DNA of 64,000 nucleotides from Spirulina sp. (GCA_044070495.1 JBIPSI010000011.1:91856-155855), one strand, 5' to 3'. Counted from the first letter of the stretch, positions 29,857 to 42,872 are shown. A program made the numbers and translations. Notes: a model not told the origin generated them from the sequence alone.

Positions 29857-30378
29857 CTAAATGTAAAGGTTCTCAACGGGAATATCCCGCTCTTCAGCCA
29901 CCTCAGCAAAGGTGCGTAGGGAGGCTAAGGCATTGGCAGCAGCCCGTGCATTATTCAATGGGTTATTGGATCCCAACTGCTTAGCTAGCACGTTGCGAAC
30001 ACCCGCCATTTCTAGAACGGTACGCACGGCACCCCCAGCAATTACCCCAGTACCAGGGGCGGCTGGACGCATGAAGACCTTGGCACCGCCACCCACGCCA
30101 CTGGAAGGGTGGGGAATCGAGTAAGAGCGGGTCAAGGGCACATCCACGAGGTGCTTTTTGCCATCAGCAACGCCCTTCTTCACCGCACCGATCACATCGC
30201 TGGCCTTGCCAACCCCAACCCCGACCTGTCCTTTTTCATTGCCAATGACTACGATGGCGCGGAAGCTCAGCTTCTTACCACCCTTGACAACCTTGGTCAC
30301 CCGACGAATTTGGACGACCCGCTCTTGCCAATCTGTCTTCTTTTCTTTAGTACGCGCTTCTTTACGACGATTTGCCAT
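29857..30378 (-). CDS. rpsE: 30S ribosomal protein S5
   Basis: [19 protein letters not shown]. Confidence 0.98.
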   Translation of the reverse strand: MANRRKEARTKEKKTDWQERVVQIRRVTKVVKGGKKLSFRAIVVIGNEKGQVGVGVGKASDVIGAVKKGVADGKKHLVDVPLTRSYSIPHPSSGVGGGAKVFMRPAAPGTGVIAGGAVRTVLEMAGVRNVLAKQLGSNNPLNNARAAANALASLRTFAEVAEERDIPVENLYI

Positions 30379-30447
30379 GCTTCCCCAGCCTCTCTAAGTC
30401 AACCAGAATCAGATGAATGCCTAATCCAAGTTTAGGCAACGTTTAGT

Positions 30448-30810
30448 CTACAGGGTCAGCCCCGCTTCCCGAGCCGCATCCGCTAGGGCCGCGACTCGAC
30501 CGTGATAAAGCTTGCCTCCCCGGTCAAACACCACCTGCGTCACGCCGGCCTGTAGAGCACGTTCCGCAATAGCCTTACCAACGGCCACTGCGGCTTCCTG
30601 GGTGGCACCAGAAGCATCCTTCTCCAACACATCCGCTTCCAGAGTAGAAGCAGCAGCTAAGGTATGATGGGCCGTGTCATCGATAACCTGAGCGTAGATA
30701 TGCTGATTAGACCGAAATACCGCTAGACGGGGACGCTCAGGGGTACCAAAGAGGCGACGACGAATCCGAGCATGACGACGACGAGTTAGTTCCTTACGAC
30801 TTGCTTTCAT
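30448..30810 (-). CDS. rplR: 50S ribosomal protein L18
   Basis: [21 protein letters not shown]. Confidence 0.98.
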   Translation of the reverse strand: MKASRKELTRRRHARIRRRLFGTPERPRLAVFRSNQHIYAQVIDDTAHHTLAAASTLEADVLEKDASGATQEAAVAVGKAIAERALQAGVTQVVFDRGGKLYHGRVAALADAAREAGLTL

Positions 30811-30813
30811 GGC

Positions 30814-31353
30814 TTATTTCTTCCCTGACTTCCCAGCCTTACGTCTCACCTGTTCACCGGCATAGCGCACACCCTTACCCTTGTAGGGTTCAGGGGGACG
30901 ACTAGCGCGGATGCTAGCCGCCGTATTACCGACGAGTTCTTTATCAATACCGCTGATGATGACGTTGGTGTTGTTCTCAACGACAAACTCAATGCCAGAC
31001 GGAGGCTCAAAAACCACCGGATGGCTGTAGCCCAGGCTGAGATTCAGATTTCGCCCCTGAACCTGGGCACGATAACCAATTCCTTGAATTTCAAGGCGCT
31101 TTTGGTATCCGTTAGACACCCCTTCAACCATGTTGGCCACCAGAGTGCGACACAGACCATGGCGTTCCCGGGCCAGCCGAGAATCATCCTTGCGATTCAC
31201 AAGGAGAGTCTCTCCCTCCTGAACCACAACAACCCCAGAAGGTAAGGTGCGAGCCAATTGACCCTTCGGCCCCTTAACCTGAATATCCTGACCGTCAATC
31301 GTAATTGACACCTTAGCCGGGATAGGAATTGGCCGTTTGCCAATACGTGACAT
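30814..31353 (-). CDS. rplF: 50S ribosomal protein L6
   Basis: [16 protein letters not shown]. Confidence 0.98.
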   Translation of the reverse strand: MSRIGKRPIPIPAKVSITIDGQDIQVKGPKGQLARTLPSGVVVVQEGETLLVNRKDDSRLARERHGLCRTLVANMVEGVSNGYQKRLEIQGIGYRAQVQGRNLNLSLGYSHPVVFEPPSGIEFVVENNTNVIISGIDKELVGNTAASIRASRPPEPYKGKGVRYAGEQVRRKAGKSGKK

Positions 31354-31420
31354 GATGCAATACTCCTAAATCCTTAGCACTCAATAACCATCGATCAACC
31401 GACCTAACGCGCCCCTGAAT

Positions 31421-31822
31421 CTACCAGACGTAGCAGAGAACTTCTCCGCCAATGCCCTGGCGACGAGCATCTCGGTCGGTCATAATGCCGCTGGAGGTGG
31501 AAACGATTGCAATGCCAATCCCCCCCAGCACGCGAGGCAATTCTTTCCGATTGGAATAAACCCGTAAACCAGGCTTACTAACGCGTGTCAAATTCCGAAT
31601 AATAGGCTGACGGGTCTTACCTTTGTACTTCAGCGCAATAACCAGTTGAGGTCTGCCGTCTTCGGTCGTCTCAGAGTAATCGGTAACAAACCCTTCTTCC
31701 TTGAGTACCTTGGCAATACTCCGAGTCATCCGGGTCGAAGGAATGTTCACGGTTTGGTGCCGCGCCAAGTTCGCATTTCGAATGCGAGTCAGCATATCCG
31801 CAATTGTGTCGTTAGCAGCCAT
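31421..31822 (-). CDS. rpsH: 30S ribosomal protein S8
   Basis: [23 protein letters not shown]. Confidence 0.98.
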   Translation of the reverse strand: MAANDTIADMLTRIRNANLARHQTVNIPSTRMTRSIAKVLKEEGFVTDYSETTEDGRPQLVIALKYKGKTRQPIIRNLTRVSKPGLRVYSNRKELPRVLGGIGIAIVSTSSGIMTDRDARRQGIGGEVLCYVW

Positions 31823-31849
31823 AGTCCTAATTTCGCGTATAAACCTGTG

Positions 31850-32395
31850 TTAGTTGTCCCGGAATGGCATACCCAATGCCTTGAGTAGCGCTCGCCCTTC
31901 TTCGTCGGTATTCGCAGTAGTCACAATGGTGATGTCCATCCCGCGAATTTGATCAATACCGTCGTAATCAATTTCAGGGAAGATTAGCTGTTCACGCAGA
32001 CCCAGCGTATAGTTCCCACGACCATCAAAGCTCTTTGGGCTGATACCACGAAAGTCACGAATACGGGGCAGAGCCAGATTGATCAGGCGGTTAAGAAAGG
32101 AGTACATGCGATCAGAACGCAGAGTTACCATGACACCCACCGGCATGCCCTGGCGGATTTTGAATCCGGCAATAGCCTTTTTAGCACGAGTCACCACAGG
32201 TCGCTGACCCGTAATCATGGCAAGCTCACTAAGAGAAGACTCAAGAGCCTTTGCATTCTGAGAAGCCTCACCAAGACCACGGTTGACGGTCACTTTGACC
32301 ACCTTAGGAACTTGGTGGATATTTTCGTACTTGAACTGATCCATCAGCTTAGGTACGACGGTGTCTTTGTAAAGGAGCTTAAGTTGGTCTGTCAT
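31850..32395 (-). CDS. rplE: 50S ribosomal protein L5
   Basis: [16 protein letters not shown]. Confidence 0.98.
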   Translation of the reverse strand: MTDQLKLLYKDTVVPKLMDQFKYENIHQVPKVVKVTVNRGLGEASQNAKALESSLSELAMITGQRPVVTRAKKAIAGFKIRQGMPVGVMVTLRSDRMYSFLNRLINLALPRIRDFRGISPKSFDGRGNYTLGLREQLIFPEIDYDGIDQIRGMDITIVTTANTDEEGRALLKALGMPFRDN

Positions 32396-32473
32396 GGATA
32401 GTCTCTGCTTATTTCCTGGGCTTGGTCAGGAGGACAATAAGGGAATCAAGGAGTGAGAAAAAATCAAGAAGGC

Positions 32474-32824
32474 TTAATCAATGATTTCGCCCGTCTTTTT
32501 CAGCATTCTTACCTTACGACCGTCTTTATCAAAGGTATAAGCCACGCGACTTGCCACCTTCTCTTTCTCGGAGTAAAGCATCACATTAGAGCTGTGAATA
32601 GGTGCTTCTTGAGTCACAATCTGACCAGACTCACCTTCTTGCTGAGGCTTAACGTGCTTAGTCCGAATATTGACACCTTGGACGATCACTTGGCTTTTTT
32701 TAGGGTTAACGGAGAGGATTTCTCCCACTTTGCCTCGATCTCTCCCAGCAATCACTTGCACTGTATCGCCCTTGCGAACGTGCATCCTATAGCGCACTGG
32801 CTTTTTCGTTGCTGACGTTGCCAT
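32474..32824 (-). CDS. rplX: 50S ribosomal protein L24
   Basis: [24 protein letters not shown]. Confidence 0.98.
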   Translation of the reverse strand: MATSATKKPVRYRMHVRKGDTVQVIAGRDRGKVGEILSVNPKKSQVIVQGVNIRTKHVKPQQEGESGQIVTQEAPIHSSNVMLYSEKEKVASRVAYTFDKDGRKVRMLKKTGEIID

Positions 32825-33189
32825 TACAGTACCTCCGGTGCCAGGGACACAATTTTGGTGAAGTTCTTGTCACGCAGCTCACGAGCGACGGGGCCAAATA
32901 CACGGGTTCCCTTGGGATTACCATCCTGGTTAATGATCACCGCTGCGTTATCGTCAAAGCGAATGCTCATGCCGCTGGTACGGCGTAGCCCTTTGCGAGT
33001 GCGAACGACAACAGCCCTTACCACATCGGATTTTTTAACCCCCATGTTAGGAATAGCGTCCTTGACCACCGCAATGATCACGTCTCCAACACCGGCATAG
33101 CGACGGTTTCCGCCTAGCACTCGGATACACATGAGCTTCCGAGCTCCGCTGTTGTCCGCTACGTTTAGATAGGTTTCCTGCTGAATCAT
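32824..33189 (-). CDS. rplN: 50S ribosomal protein L14
   Basis: [21 protein letters not shown]. Confidence 0.98.
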   Translation of the reverse strand: MIQQETYLNVADNSGARKLMCIRVLGGNRRYAGVGDVIIAVVKDAIPNMGVKKSDVVRAVVVRTRKGLRRTSGMSIRFDDNAAVIINQDGNPKGTRVFGPVARELRDKNFTKIVSLAPEVL

Positions 33190-33200
33190 GAGTTACCCCA

Positions 33201-33452
33201 CTAGGCCTCCGCCGATCGATTAACAATGTCAGCCACGACCCAGCGCTTTGTCCGACTTAGGGGACGGGTTTCAAGGATACGAACCCGGTCTCCCTCTTGA
33301 CAGGCATTTTCTTCATCGTGGGCCTTGTAGCGCTTGGTTCGCACCACAATCTTGCCGTATTTAGGGTGGGAGGTACGGCTTTCAACAGCAACCACAACCG
33401 TCTTATCCATTTTGTTGCTGACAACCGTTCCCACTCGTTCTTTAACCGCCAT
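33201..33452 (-). CDS. rpsQ: 30S ribosomal protein S17
   Basis: [19 protein letters not shown]. Confidence 0.98.
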   Translation of the reverse strand: MAVKERVGTVVSNKMDKTVVVAVESRTSHPKYGKIVVRTKRYKAHDEENACQEGDRVRILETRPLSRTKRWVVADIVNRSAEA

Positions 33453-33470
33453 CTCAGTTCCCTACCTTCC

Positions 33471-33719
33471 CTATGCTGATACCGATTCTGTTGATGCAGA
33501 GGCGCTGTCAGCGATCTCTTCCATCTGTCGCTCTCGTTGCACCGTCATGAGCTGAGCCAAACGATGGCGAGCGTGCTTGAACTGATGAACCTCTTTGTCG
33601 AGCTGGCGGGTTGCCTTCTTAAACCGCAGTTGAAACAAATCTCGCTTAGTCTCAACAATAGCGTTAAGGAGCTCCTCGTCACTGAGGCTTCGCGCCTCTT
33701 GAATCTTGGGCAGTGCCAT
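33471..33719 (-). CDS. rpmC: 50S ribosomal protein L29
   Basis: [13 protein letters not shown]; position between rplP and rpsQ. Confidence 0.95.
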   Translation of the reverse strand: MALPKIQEARSLSDEELLNAIVETKRDLFQLRFKKATRQLDKEVHQFKHARHRLAQLMTVQRERQMEEIADSASASTESVSA

Positions 33720-33722
33720 AAA

Positions 33723-34142
33723 TCAAGCCTCCTTGCTGTCTCGCACAATAAACTTCGTCTTAAAGGGAAGCTTGAATGCCGCCAAACGCATCGCTTCACG
33801 AGCCGTCGCCTCAGGCACCCCGGCGATTTCAAACACAATGCGACCAGGCTTGACAACAGCAACCCAATATTCGGGGTTACCTTTACCAGAACCCATCCGG
33901 GTTTCTGCAGGACGCATGGTTACCGGCTTGTCTGGAAACACACGGATCCAGATTTTTCCACCCCGGCGAACATAGCGGGTCATAGCACGACGGGCAGCCT
34001 CAATTTGGCGAGAGGTCAACCAACAAGGCTCGGTGGCCTGAAGAGCGAAATCTCCGAAGCTGATATCGCTGCCCCGCTGGGCCATTCCGCGCATACGACC
34101 ACGGTGCTGCTTGCGAAATTTTGTTCGTTTTGGACTAAGCAT
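33723..34142 (-). CDS. rplP: 50S ribosomal protein L16
   Basis: [19 protein letters not shown]. Confidence 0.98.
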   Translation of the reverse strand: MLSPKRTKFRKQHRGRMRGMAQRGSDISFGDFALQATEPCWLTSRQIEAARRAMTRYVRRGGKIWIRVFPDKPVTMRPAETRMGSGKGNPEYWVAVVKPGRIVFEIAGVPEATAREAMRLAAFKLPFKTKFIVRDSKEA

Positions 34143-34203
34143 GGCTCGGCACTCGTCAATTCACAGATTAAAAGTTAGTTCGGGAAATCTTGGGACAGAG
34201 GAT

Positions 34204-34938
34204 TTACTCTTCGTTGGAGCGATCTTCAAACTGCTGCCGCCGCCGAGGTTGCCGTCTGCGAGGCTGCGCGTTACTGGGGGCAGGGACTTGTTCTTCTTGT
34301 CCAGGAATAATTTCACCCTTAAAGATCCAAACCTTCACACCCAGAATGCCGTAGGTGGTCTGGGCGGTAGTGTAGGCATAGTCCACATCGGCCCGCAGGG
34401 TATGGAGGGGGACGCGACCTTCTCTTGTCCATTCAGTCCGAGCGATTTCAGCCCCATTCAGACGACCGCTAACCTGAATTTTGATTCCCTCAACCCCAGC
34501 GCGTTGAGCCCGCTGGATAGCCTGACGAACTACCCGACGGAAGGATACTCGGCGCTCTAACTGCTGAATGATGTACTCCGCGACCAAGGCCGCATCAGCA
34601 TCCACGCGACTGACTTCAACCACATTGACGCGAATTTGACGGCTAGAATCCTTCAGCAGTTTTTGCAGACCAGCTCGCAGCGACTCAATGCCAGCCCCAC
34701 CTCGACCGACCACTACCCCGGGACGAGCGGTACGAACTTCGAGATCGATTTGATCGGCTTTCCGCTCGATCCGAATATCGGCAATTCCCGCATTACTGAG
34801 CGTCTTCTGAACATACTCTCGGATCTGGTGATCTTCTTGCAGTAGCTCAGGATAGCGCATCCCTTCCGCAAACCAGCGGGAGCGGTGCTCCTGAACGACG
34901 CCTAGGCGAAACCCGGTTGGATGAATCTTGTGTCCCAC
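34204..34938 (-). CDS. rpsC: 30S ribosomal protein S3
   Basis: [30 protein letters not shown]. Confidence 0.98.
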   Translation of the reverse strand: MGHKIHPTGFRLGVVQEHRSRWFAEGMRYPELLQEDHQIREYVQKTLSNAGIADIRIERKADQIDLEVRTARPGVVVGRGGAGIESLRAGLQKLLKDSSRQIRVNVVEVSRVDADAALVAEYIIQQLERRVSFRRVVRQAIQRAQRAGVEGIKIQVSGRLNGAEIARTEWTREGRVPLHTLRADVDYAYTTAQTTYGILGVKVWIFKGEIIPGQEEQVPAPSNAQPRRRQPRRRQQFEDRSNEE

Positions 34939-35018
34939 GAACTAACCCTCTGCAAAGTGTTGCTAAAAACGTGTTGCTGAATAACAAACGCGACCTGATC
35001 AATCCCTAATCCAAGGAC

Positions 35019-35375
35019 CTACTCCACAGACGGAGCAACGGCAATGGTGATATGGCAGGTCGGCTTACGAATTTGATAGGCTCGCCCCTGGGCTCTAGGT
35101 CGGAACCGACGTAGTGTTGGCCCAGCATCAGCGAAGGCTTCGCTAATCACCAGTTCAGCCGGATCTAGACCGTTGTTGTGCTCAGCATTGGCGACAGCGG
35201 ATCGCAACACCTTAATGATGGGTTCACAAGCCTTGTAGGGCATGAATTCCAGAATGATCAGCGCGTCCCGATAGCTTTTGCCACGAATTTGATCCAACAC
35301 ACGACGCACCTTACGGGGCGACATGCGGACGTATTTCGCTACTGCCTTAACCTGCTCCGAGGTATCTACAGCCAT
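35019..35375 (-). CDS. rplV: 50S ribosomal protein L22
   Basis: [24 protein letters not shown]. Confidence 0.98.
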   Translation of the reverse strand: MAVDTSEQVKAVAKYVRMSPRKVRRVLDQIRGKSYRDALIILEFMPYKACEPIIKVLRSAVANAEHNNGLDPAELVISEAFADAGPTLRRFRPRAQGRAYQIRKPTCHITIAVAPSVE

Positions 35376-35393
35376 GTCTCTAACTTCCTCTAC

Positions 35394-35672
35394 CTAACGA
35401 CGCGCTTTTTTATCACTTTTGGCGTGGCCTCGGAAGGTTCGCGTTGGGGCGAACTCACCTAGCTTGTGCCCTACCATCTGCTCAGTAACGTAGACAGGTA
35501 CGTGCTGGCGACCGTTGTGTACGGCAATGGTATGCCCAATCATCTGGGGCAAAATGGTCGAGGCTCTTGACCACGTTTTGATGACTTGCTTGTCACCCTT
35601 AGCGTTGAGGGCTTCAACTTTTGAGAGTAAGTGATCAGCCACAAACGGGCCTTTCTTTAACGAGCGCGACAT
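35394..35672 (-). CDS. rpsS: 30S ribosomal protein S19
   Basis: [19 protein letters not shown]. Confidence 0.98.
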   Translation of the reverse strand: MSRSLKKGPFVADHLLSKVEALNAKGDKQVIKTWSRASTILPQMIGHTIAVHNGRQHVPVYVTEQMVGHKLGEFAPTRTFRGHAKSDKKARR

Positions 35673-35726
35673 GATTCAGTCCCTACACAACAATCTGATA
35701 CCGTCCAATTCCTAGTACCGCTAAGC

Positions 35727-36590
35727 TTAGGCATTCCGGCCACCGCGTCCCCGCTTGGAAACCCGACGACGCTTCCGCACCACGTACTTATCGCTGTCCT
35801 TCTTCTTCTTGCGAGTCTTAAAGCCGAGGGCTGGCTTACCCCAAGGAGTAACGGGGCCAGAACGACCGATGGGAGCTCGACCTTCACCGCCACCATGGGG
35901 GTGATCCACCGGGTTCATCACACTACCGCGAACCTCAGGGCGGCGACCCAGCCAACGCTTCCGTCCAGCCTTGCCAAGGCTAACGTTACGAACATCGGCG
36001 TTGCCCACTTGGCCAATGGTGGCGTAGCACTCACGACGCACCATACGAACCTCTGTAGAGGGCAGCTTCAGGGTAACGTAGTCTCCTTCCTTCGCAACTA
36101 CCTGAGCCCCAGCCCCGGCGGAACGAACCATCTGTCCACCCTTACCAGGCTGCATTTCAATGTTGTGCACCGTGGTTCCTAAAGGAATCTTGTGCAGAGG
36201 CAGCGCATTGCCCACTTCCAGAGGAGCATCGGGGCCAGAAACAACGGTAGTGCCGACCGTTAGACCTGCAGGGCAGAGAATGTAACGCTTCTCGCCGTCC
36301 TCGTAGTGCAGCAGAGAAATTCGCGCATTCCGGTTGGGATCATACTCAATGGAGGCAACCTTGGCGGGAACACCTACCTTATCGCGGCGGAAATCAACGA
36401 TGCGATAGAGCCGCTTATGTCCACCACCCCGGTGACGACAGGTGATGACGCCACGGTTGTTACGTCCCTTGGGGCGATGCTTGGAACGAGTCAGCGACTT
36501 TTCGGGTTCGCTGCGGGTAATTTCGGCAAACTCAGATACAGTTCGCTCACGCGTACCCGGGGTATAAGGTCGGTAAGAACGGATGCCCAT
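35727..36590 (-). CDS. rplB: 50S ribosomal protein L2
   Basis: [21 protein letters not shown]. Confidence 0.99.
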   Translation of the reverse strand: MGIRSYRPYTPGTRERTVSEFAEITRSEPEKSLTRSKHRPKGRNNRGVITCRHRGGGHKRLYRIVDFRRDKVGVPAKVASIEYDPNRNARISLLHYEDGEKRYILCPAGLTVGTTVVSGPDAPLEVGNALPLHKIPLGTTVHNIEMQPGKGGQMVRSAGAGAQVVAKEGDYVTLKLPSTEVRMVRRECYATIGQVGNADVRNVSLGKAGRKRWLGRRPEVRGSVMNPVDHPHGGGEGRAPIGRSGPVTPWGKPALGFKTRKKKKDSDKYVVRKRRRVSKRGRGGRNA

Positions 36591-36646
36591 GGAAATACTT
36601 GCTGACTACACGGCAAAACTGGCGAAGGTCTCTAAGATCAAATTCC

Positions 36647-36946
36647 TTAGAGGTCGGGAAAGAGAGGAATGGAATCCCCAGCAGCGAGAGTAACGATGGC
36701 TCGCTTATAGTGGGCTCGGTTTCCCACAAAGCGGCCAAAGCGCCGCTTCTTTTTGGGAGGGTTGTAGGTATTTACGGCGATCACCCTGACATCAAACAGC
36801 TCTTCAATGGCAGCGCCAATGTCAATTTTATTAGCCTTAGGATCAACCTCGAAAACATACTGGTTGTTTTCAAGAAGCAGTGTTGCTTTCTCAGTGACAA
36901 GGGGACGGCGAATTAGGTCAGCCAAGGTTGGCACAGCATTAGTCAC
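36647..36946 (-). CDS. rplW: 50S ribosomal protein L23
   Basis: PLVTEKA, KRAIVTL. Confidence 0.97.
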   Translation of the reverse strand: MTNAVPTLADLIRRPLVTEKATLLLENNQYVFEVDPKANKIDIGAAIEELFDVRVIAVNTYNPPKKKRRFGRFVGNRAHYKRAIVTLAAGDSIPLFPDL

Positions 36947-37571
36947 AATAAACCTCCTGAATAGCCTCGATGGCAGGGGATGTAATTACAATTTGATCCG
37001 CCGCTAACAGGTCGTAGACATTCAGGTTAGCCGCCGTAATCAGCTTGACATTTTCGACATTCCGAACTGAGAGATAAACCACCTCTTGGCGCTCAGAAAT
37101 AATCATCAAGATTTTGGCATCCACATCGACACCCCAACGCCCCAAGGCTTCGATCAAATCCTTCGTTTTTGGACGATCTAACTTGTCGGCAAAGGGTTCC
37201 ACTACGATCAGATCATCTACACGGCTTTGCAGGGCCGTACGTAGAGCCAGACGACGCTCCTTCCGATTCATTTTGACACTAAAGTCCCTGGGCTTAGGAC
37301 CAAAGGTAACGCCACCGCCCCGCCACAGGGGAGAGCGATTAGACCCAGCACGGGCTCGCCCGGTTCCTTTTTGCCGCCAAGGCTTACGACCACCGCCGCT
37401 CACCTCAGCACGGGTTTTGGTGGATACCGTTCCTTGACGGGAGTTGTGCATCTGACGCACGAGGGCGCGATGGACGATGTGAGAGGCGGTTTCTTCATTG
37501 GCAACCTTCAATTCTAAGGTCGCGCTGCCTGCCTCTTGGCCCTCCCAATTTTTTACGGCGCACTCAACCAT
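36939..37571 (-). CDS. rplD: 50S ribosomal protein L4
   Basis: [21 protein letters not shown]. Confidence 0.98.
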   Translation of the reverse strand: MVECAVKNWEGQEAGSATLELKVANEETASHIVHRALVRQMHNSRQGTVSTKTRAEVSGGGRKPWRQKGTGRARAGSNRSPLWRGGGVTFGPKPRDFSVKMNRKERRLALRTALQSRVDDLIVVEPFADKLDRPKTKDLIEALGRWGVDVDAKILMIISERQEVVYLSVRNVENVKLITAANLNVYDLLAADQIVITSPAIEAIQEVYCD

Positions 37572-37638
37572 TGTCTTGACCTATCCCTAAAACGCTCAAA
37601 GTCTCTTCAAAACAGCCCATTTCATCCTGATTGATGGG

Positions 37639-38274
37639 TTAGGCCTTGACCCACTTCGCTGGGGTAACGCTCAGCAGTGCACCGGGCTTACCAGGAACAG
37701 CACCCTTGATCAAAAGGAGATTACGCTCACTGTCCACGCGAACCACTTCCAGATTGCGAACCGTTACCTGAGTATTGCCGAGCTGGCCCGCCATCCGTTT
37801 ACCGGGATATACCCGACCGGGAGTCGTGCCAGCACCCGTAGATCCGGGTAGGCGGTGGTTCTTAGAGCCGTGGGCCATAGGACCACGACGGAAGTTATGG
37901 CGCTTTTGGTAGCCTGCAAAGCCACGACCAATGCTCTTGCCACTTACGTCTACCAGTTGGCCAGCCTCGAAGGCATCAGCGGTAATAGCCTGCCCCAGTT
38001 CATAACTGTCGGCGACTTCCACACGATATTCCTTCAGGTGGCGCAGGGGAGCACTACCGGATTTAGCCAGATGACCGAGCTTAGGTTTATTCAGAGCTTT
38101 CTCGGCCACCTCATCAAAGCCGACTTGAACCGCCGTATAACCATCGGTGTCTGGGGTTTTCACTTGAGTTACCACGCAAGGCCCAGCCTGAACGACGGTA
38201 ACCGGAACAGCGTTGCCCGCGTCATCGAATATTTGGGTCATGCCCAGCTTTTTGCCGAGAATACCGACTGCCAC
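37639..38274 (-). CDS. rplC: 50S ribosomal protein L3
   Basis: [19 protein letters not shown]. Confidence 0.98.
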   Translation of the reverse strand: MAVGILGKKLGMTQIFDDAGNAVPVTVVQAGPCVVTQVKTPDTDGYTAVQVGFDEVAEKALNKPKLGHLAKSGSAPLRHLKEYRVEVADSYELGQAITADAFEAGQLVDVSGKSIGRGFAGYQKRHNFRRGPMAHGSKNHRLPGSTGAGTTPGRVYPGKRMAGQLGNTQVTVRNLEVVRVDSERNLLLIKGAVPGKPGALLSVTPAKWVKA

Positions 38275-38631
38275 AGCCCTTTCTCCCTAACTTACACAAT
38301 ACGGAATGCGCCAACGCTTCCAAACCGAAGCCTGCGCACACCTGAACTCCATCAACTTTTGAACACCCTTCGAACTAGGAAACCCACTTATGAGCTTCCT
38401 TAACTCAATCGGTCACTATTCAAAAGAAACTTGGCTTTCCATCGGTCAAGGGCTAGGGGCGAGAAACCCACTTTGGCAATTACTGAGCCCTGAACGCGTT
38501 AGAGCCATTAGCCTGGACTTGAGCAGCACGCAAACCACTCAGTATCCATTTTGGCGGCGACTTACTATGTTACAGCTCTAAAATGAATCTGTCTATACTT
38601 TGAAGCTAAGTTTTTGAGAATTAAGTCCCTG

Positions 38632-38671
38632 CCCTATGCTTGAGGACGGATTCCGAGACTCAAGCATAGGG
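38632..38671. repeat. Perfect 13-bp inverted repeat between the divergent rplC and ndhN genes
   Basis: CCCTATGCTTGAG (38632-38644) / CTCAAGCATAGGG (38659-38671). Confidence 0.7.
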
Positions 38672-38800
38672 TGAGTTCACGCCACAATGGCACTACAATG
38701 CTTTTAGCCTAGCTAGGCGAGCAGTTGGCCGTTCTGCCGGTAGGCTGCACGCCCTAGAGACAATAGGATGGACGTTACTGATCGACTACTGAGGGCGAGT

Positions 38801-39268
38801 ATGGCGTTATTGACCACTGGCAAAGGTTTTATTCGCGATGTTGAAACCCATCGGGCAGTTGCGGTGCGAATGCCCTTGGAAGGAGGCTTTGAGGGGCGTT
38901 ATGAGCGTCGGCTGAAAGCCAAGGGCTATGAAACTATGAACCTAACCGCCCGAGGGTTAGGAGACATTGCAGCCTATTTGACTGATGTACATGGAGTACG
39001 CCCCCCCCATTTGGGCAAAAAGACTGTCGGCAACTCGGCGGCAGTAGGCTATACCTACTTTGTCCCTCCCATGTTGACCTACCGCTTAGACACCATGTCT
39101 CCTAAGTCAAAGGGAATGGTGTTGTGGCTCATTGAAGGTCATATTCTCTCTCGCCAGGAGATTGCTTACTTGGTTAAGTTGCCTACCCTAGAGCCCCGGG
39201 TAAGCGTGGTGGTTGAAATGGGTGGAGAGCGCTACTTTAGCTGGGAACCGCTAGCCAACTGTCTATAG
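38801..39268 (+). CDS. ndhN: NAD(P)H-quinone oxidoreductase subunit N (NDH-1)
   Basis: PLEGGFEGRYERRL, TARGLGD, HGVRPPHLGK. Confidence 0.95.
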   Translation: MALLTTGKGFIRDVETHRAVAVRMPLEGGFEGRYERRLKAKGYETMNLTARGLGDIAAYLTDVHGVRPPHLGKKTVGNSAAVGYTYFVPPMLTYRLDTMSPKSKGMVLWLIEGHILSRQEIAYLVKLPTLEPRVSVVVEMGGERYFSWEPLANCL

Positions 39269-39274
39269 GAAAAC

Positions 39275-40570
39275 GTGCAATTCTTGTCACCTTGCTCCGA
39301 ACCGGCCTTACCACTGCCCTACCGTTCGCTACAGGTGGGGCAGTGGGTTAAGCTCATTTGTGGAGCAAGCTACCAGGACATAGCTCATATTCGCCGTTTA
39401 GTCATGGTGTATGCCTTGGCCGGTGTAGATTGCGTGGATGTTGCCGCCGACGTCGCGGTTGTGGGTGCGGCTCGTCAAGGGCTAGCCGATGCAGTCACCA
39501 TAGCCAGGTGCTTAGATGCGGCATTTAATGATTTATCCTCCGGAGAAGATCCGGCTATTGCCCCGCCCCAGCATTTTCTGGGGAGTGATTTGCCGTGGCT
39601 CATGGTTAGCCTTAATGACAGCGAAGATCCCCATTTTCGTAAGGCATTCTTTGATGCCGCCCATTGTCCAGTCGATTGCCGCCGCCCCTGTGAAACCATT
39701 TGCCCTACCGACGCCATTCGATTCGAGACCCGTGGTTGGAGTGGGGTTATCCCAGACCTGTGCTACGGCTGCGGGCGATGTCTAACTGTTTGCCCAGTCC
39801 AGAATATTGAGGCTTACTCCTACCAAGCCCGCCCCGAAAACTTTTCGGATGAGGCTCTAGGGACTATTGACGCCGTAGAGATTCATACCCAGGCAGGACG
39901 CCAGGAGGCGTTTTCGGCGTTGTGGCAGCGCCTAGTCCCCTGGCGCAAACAGTTGAAGCTTGTGTCTATCAGTTGTCCTGACGATCCAAATATCAAGGCC
40001 TATCTGCAAGATCTCCATCGGATTATGAGTCCGCTAGAGATCCCCCTAATTTGGCAAACCGATGGGCGGCCCATGAGTGGCGATTTGGGGAGGGGAACAA
40101 CCCACGCGACTATCCGCCTAGCTCAAAAAGTGATGGCGGCTCAGCTACCCGGCTATGTGCAACTTGCTGGAGGCACCAATCACTATACGGCGTCTAAGTT
40201 GCGGGGTCTGGGACTGGTAGCGCGTGATCAAAATGAACCTCGCCCCAGCGTTGTCAGCACACCTCCGGAGACTCCTAGACCCCAAACTGTTGCTGGAATT
40301 GCCTACGGCAGCTATGCCCGCACTTTAGTCATGCCACTGTTGGATCACCTCGAACCCGCCGTGACCCAGATGCTAGCGACTATGCACCAAGACGTCCCCG
40401 ACAGATCCTCTTCCAGCCAAGCTCCCTCTACCCAAGCTTTATTTGACAAAACCCATTCGTTCTGGCCATCGTCAAAAGTAGAAACTTTTTCTATAATTGA
40501 TAGTACATCCGCTCTAAAAAAAGCTATTGCCTTGGCAAGGCAGCTCGTCGGATCTTTAAAAAATGGGTGA
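39275..40570 (+). CDS. ldpA: Circadian input Fe-S protein LdpA
   Basis: WVKLICGAS, EDPHFRKA, two 4Fe-4S Cys motifs, DGRPMSGD, QLAGGTN. Confidence 0.93.
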   Translation: MQFLSPCSEPALPLPYRSLQVGQWVKLICGASYQDIAHIRRLVMVYALAGVDCVDVAADVAVVGAARQGLADAVTIARCLDAAFNDLSSGEDPAIAPPQHFLGSDLPWLMVSLNDSEDPHFRKAFFDAAHCPVDCRRPCETICPTDAIRFETRGWSGVIPDLCYGCGRCLTVCPVQNIEAYSYQARPENFSDEALGTIDAVEIHTQAGRQEAFSALWQRLVPWRKQLKLVSISCPDDPNIKAYLQDLHRIMSPLEIPLIWQTDGRPMSGDLGRGTTHATIRLAQKVMAAQLPGYVQLAGGTNHYTASKLRGLGLVARDQNEPRPSVVSTPPETPRPQTVAGIAYGSYARTLVMPLLDHLEPAVTQMLATMHQDVPDRSSSSQAPSTQALFDKTHSFWPSSKVETFSIIDSTSALKKAIALARQLVGSLKNG

Positions 40571-40642
40571 CTGTGCTTAGTACTTGCTGATATCAGTCCG
40601 CCCTGAGGGATCAAGCAGAACAAGGCTATTTACTCTAAAATT

Positions 40643-42544
40643 GTGGGCATTCGTCTCCAGTATCCTATGGTTAGTGATAACAGCGCCCAGCCTTTGGTTA
40701 ACAACACTCATGAGGTCGAATCCCCCTCTGCGGGATCACCTAGCATGGTTTCCCAGCCTTTGGCGGCATCTTCATCCAAGGTGCCGAGTGCGTCGAAGAC
40801 CAATGCTACGACTGATGATCTTGACCAACTCCTAAACATTCTTCCCCCGCCCATTCGAGACAGGGTGACCAGCCACCCTCAACTATCTAGCTTGGTCGAG
40901 GTGGTTCTAGACTTAGGACGGTTGCCGGAAGCCCGCTTCTTTGGAAGTGTTGAGTATCTTTCCGACCATCCCGTGGCCCATGCAGATTTGGAGTACTGCA
41001 TTGAGCGGGTGGGAAGCTTTGGTGGAGACAACCGGGCTGGCATTGAAAAGACGCTACATCGCATTAGCGCAATCCGTAATCGATCCGGTGCGATTATTGG
41101 GCTGACTTGTCGAGTGGGTCGGGCCATTTTTGGCACCATCGGGATGATTCGGGATTTAGTCGAAACCGGGCAGTCTATCCTGATGCTGGGTCGTCCCGGT
41201 GTGGGTAAGACAACCGCCCTCCGAGAAATTGCCCGAGTTCTAGCCGATGACCTACACAAGCGGGTCGTGATCATCGATACCTCCAACGAAATCGCTGGCG
41301 ATGGCGACATCCCCCATCCCGCCATTGGTCGAGCTAGACGGATGCAGGTCGCACGCCCCGAAGAACAGCATCGGGTGATGATTGAGGCAGTGGAAAACCA
41401 TATGCCAGAGGTCATCGTTATCGATGAAATTGGTACCGAACTCGAAGCCCTAGCTGCTCGCACCATTGCAGAACGAGGGGTTCAGCTGGTTGGCACGGCC
41501 CACGGCAATCGCCTAGAAAATCTCATCAAAAATCCCACCCTCTCGGATCTCATTGGCGGCATTCAATCCGTCACCCTAGGCGATGAGGAAGCTCGGCGTC
41601 GGGGTAGTCAAAAAAGTGTTTTAGAACGGAAAGCACCCCCGACCTTTGACATTGCCATTGAGATGCTAGAACGGCAGCGATGGGTTATTCACGACGATGT
41701 CACAGCAACCATCGACAACCTTCTGCGGGGACGGCAGCCGGGTCTGCAGATTCGCACTGTAGATGAGCAGCAACGAGTCATCGTTACCCACGAACTACCC
41801 GGAACAGGGCGGGAGGTCGCCAAGCCTTCTCGGTCAGGTCTAAGCTGGCGAACGGCTGGCCAGATGACACCGACCAATGTCCCATCGACCGTTAGTCGCT
41901 CTGCCCCAGATCATCCAACCCAAAACCGCAGCCCATACCTGCGGGCCAGCCTAGGTAGTGACGATCCCTTACCGAGACCACCATCCGACTTCATGGATCT
42001 GCTAGAAACAGCGGATGATCGAGACGATCTAGGTCCCGATGGAGAGGATCGCTTGCGTCTCTACCCCTATGGGGTCAGCCGTCACCAGCTTGAGCGTGTG
42101 ATTCAAACCTTGGGCATGCCGCTGGTCATCACCAAGGATCTGGATAGCGCCGATGCCGTACTGGCCCTCCGCTCCCACAGTAAAACCCAGGCCAAGCTAA
42201 AGCAAATGGCCCAGGGTCGCCATCTGCCGATTCATTTGGTTAAGTCCAATAGCATTCCTCAAATTACCCGTGCCCTGCAACGGTTGCTACGACTGGACGA
42301 CAGCCCCGAGGCCATTAACCTGGAGATCTTTACCCGAAATGGCGGCGATGATGAGCTAGAAGCCTTGGAGGAAGCTCGTCTCGCCGTAGAGCAAATTGTC
42401 ATCCCTAAAGGCCAACCTGTGGAGTTGCTACCTCGATCCGCTCATATTCGGAAAATGCAGCATGAGCTGGCCGAGCATTACCGACTGAAATCCCTTAGTT
42501 GTGGCGAGGAACCCAACCGACGGCTGAGAATTTATCCTGCCTAA
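40643..42544 (+). CDS. Ycf45-like AAA ATPase (SpoIIIAA family) with C-terminal R3H domain
   Basis: [35 protein letters not shown]. Confidence 0.9.
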   Translation: MGIRLQYPMVSDNSAQPLVNNTHEVESPSAGSPSMVSQPLAASSSKVPSASKTNATTDDLDQLLNILPPPIRDRVTSHPQLSSLVEVVLDLGRLPEARFFGSVEYLSDHPVAHADLEYCIERVGSFGGDNRAGIEKTLHRISAIRNRSGAIIGLTCRVGRAIFGTIGMIRDLVETGQSILMLGRPGVGKTTALREIARVLADDLHKRVVIIDTSNEIAGDGDIPHPAIGRARRMQVARPEEQHRVMIEAVENHMPEVIVIDEIGTELEALAARTIAERGVQLVGTAHGNRLENLIKNPTLSDLIGGIQSVTLGDEEARRRGSQKSVLERKAPPTFDIAIEMLERQRWVIHDDVTATIDNLLRGRQPGLQIRTVDEQQRVIVTHELPGTGREVAKPSRSGLSWRTAGQMTPTNVPSTVSRSAPDHPTQNRSPYLRASLGSDDPLPRPPSDFMDLLETADDRDDLGPDGEDRLRLYPYGVSRHQLERVIQTLGMPLVITKDLDSADAVLALRSHSKTQAKLKQMAQGRHLPIHLVKSNSIPQITRALQRLLRLDDSPEAINLEIFTRNGGDDELEALEEARLAVEQIVIPKGQPVELLPRSAHIRKMQHELAEHYRLKSLSCGEEPNRRLRIYPA

Positions 42545-42872
42545 GGGTTCCACCCAATGTCCTCTCACAGGTGCTGGCTCAGAAATAGTTCAATAGCTCA
42601 TAGGGGTATCAGGGGGATGCCAGTCCTTCAGAAAGGTCTAGACGACGAGCCCTCACCTAACCATCCTTAGAGTTCCATCACTCAACTCCCCCTGGATCCC
42701 AAGGGGTGGATGTGAGCCGATCTCAAGCCATCCCAGGGAATCGCGTGACGGATCTCGATTTAGCCTAGCAAGACGCTTAGAACACCGCTCAATATAAAAT
42801 AGGGACACCTGAATGACAATTAATCTGTCCTGATCGCTGGTCGTTCGGCCTTGAAACACTTCAAAGAAGCCT

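Noticed and set aside
27009..38274. Absence of rpsJ, rpsN and rpmD from the cluster as an anomaly
   Set aside because: Normal for cyanobacteria, where these genes lie elsewhere or are absent
27234..38600. Lower GC of the ribosomal cluster as evidence of horizontal transfer
   Set aside because: The proteins are typically cyanobacterial; the shift is more simply explained by codon usage of highly expressed genes
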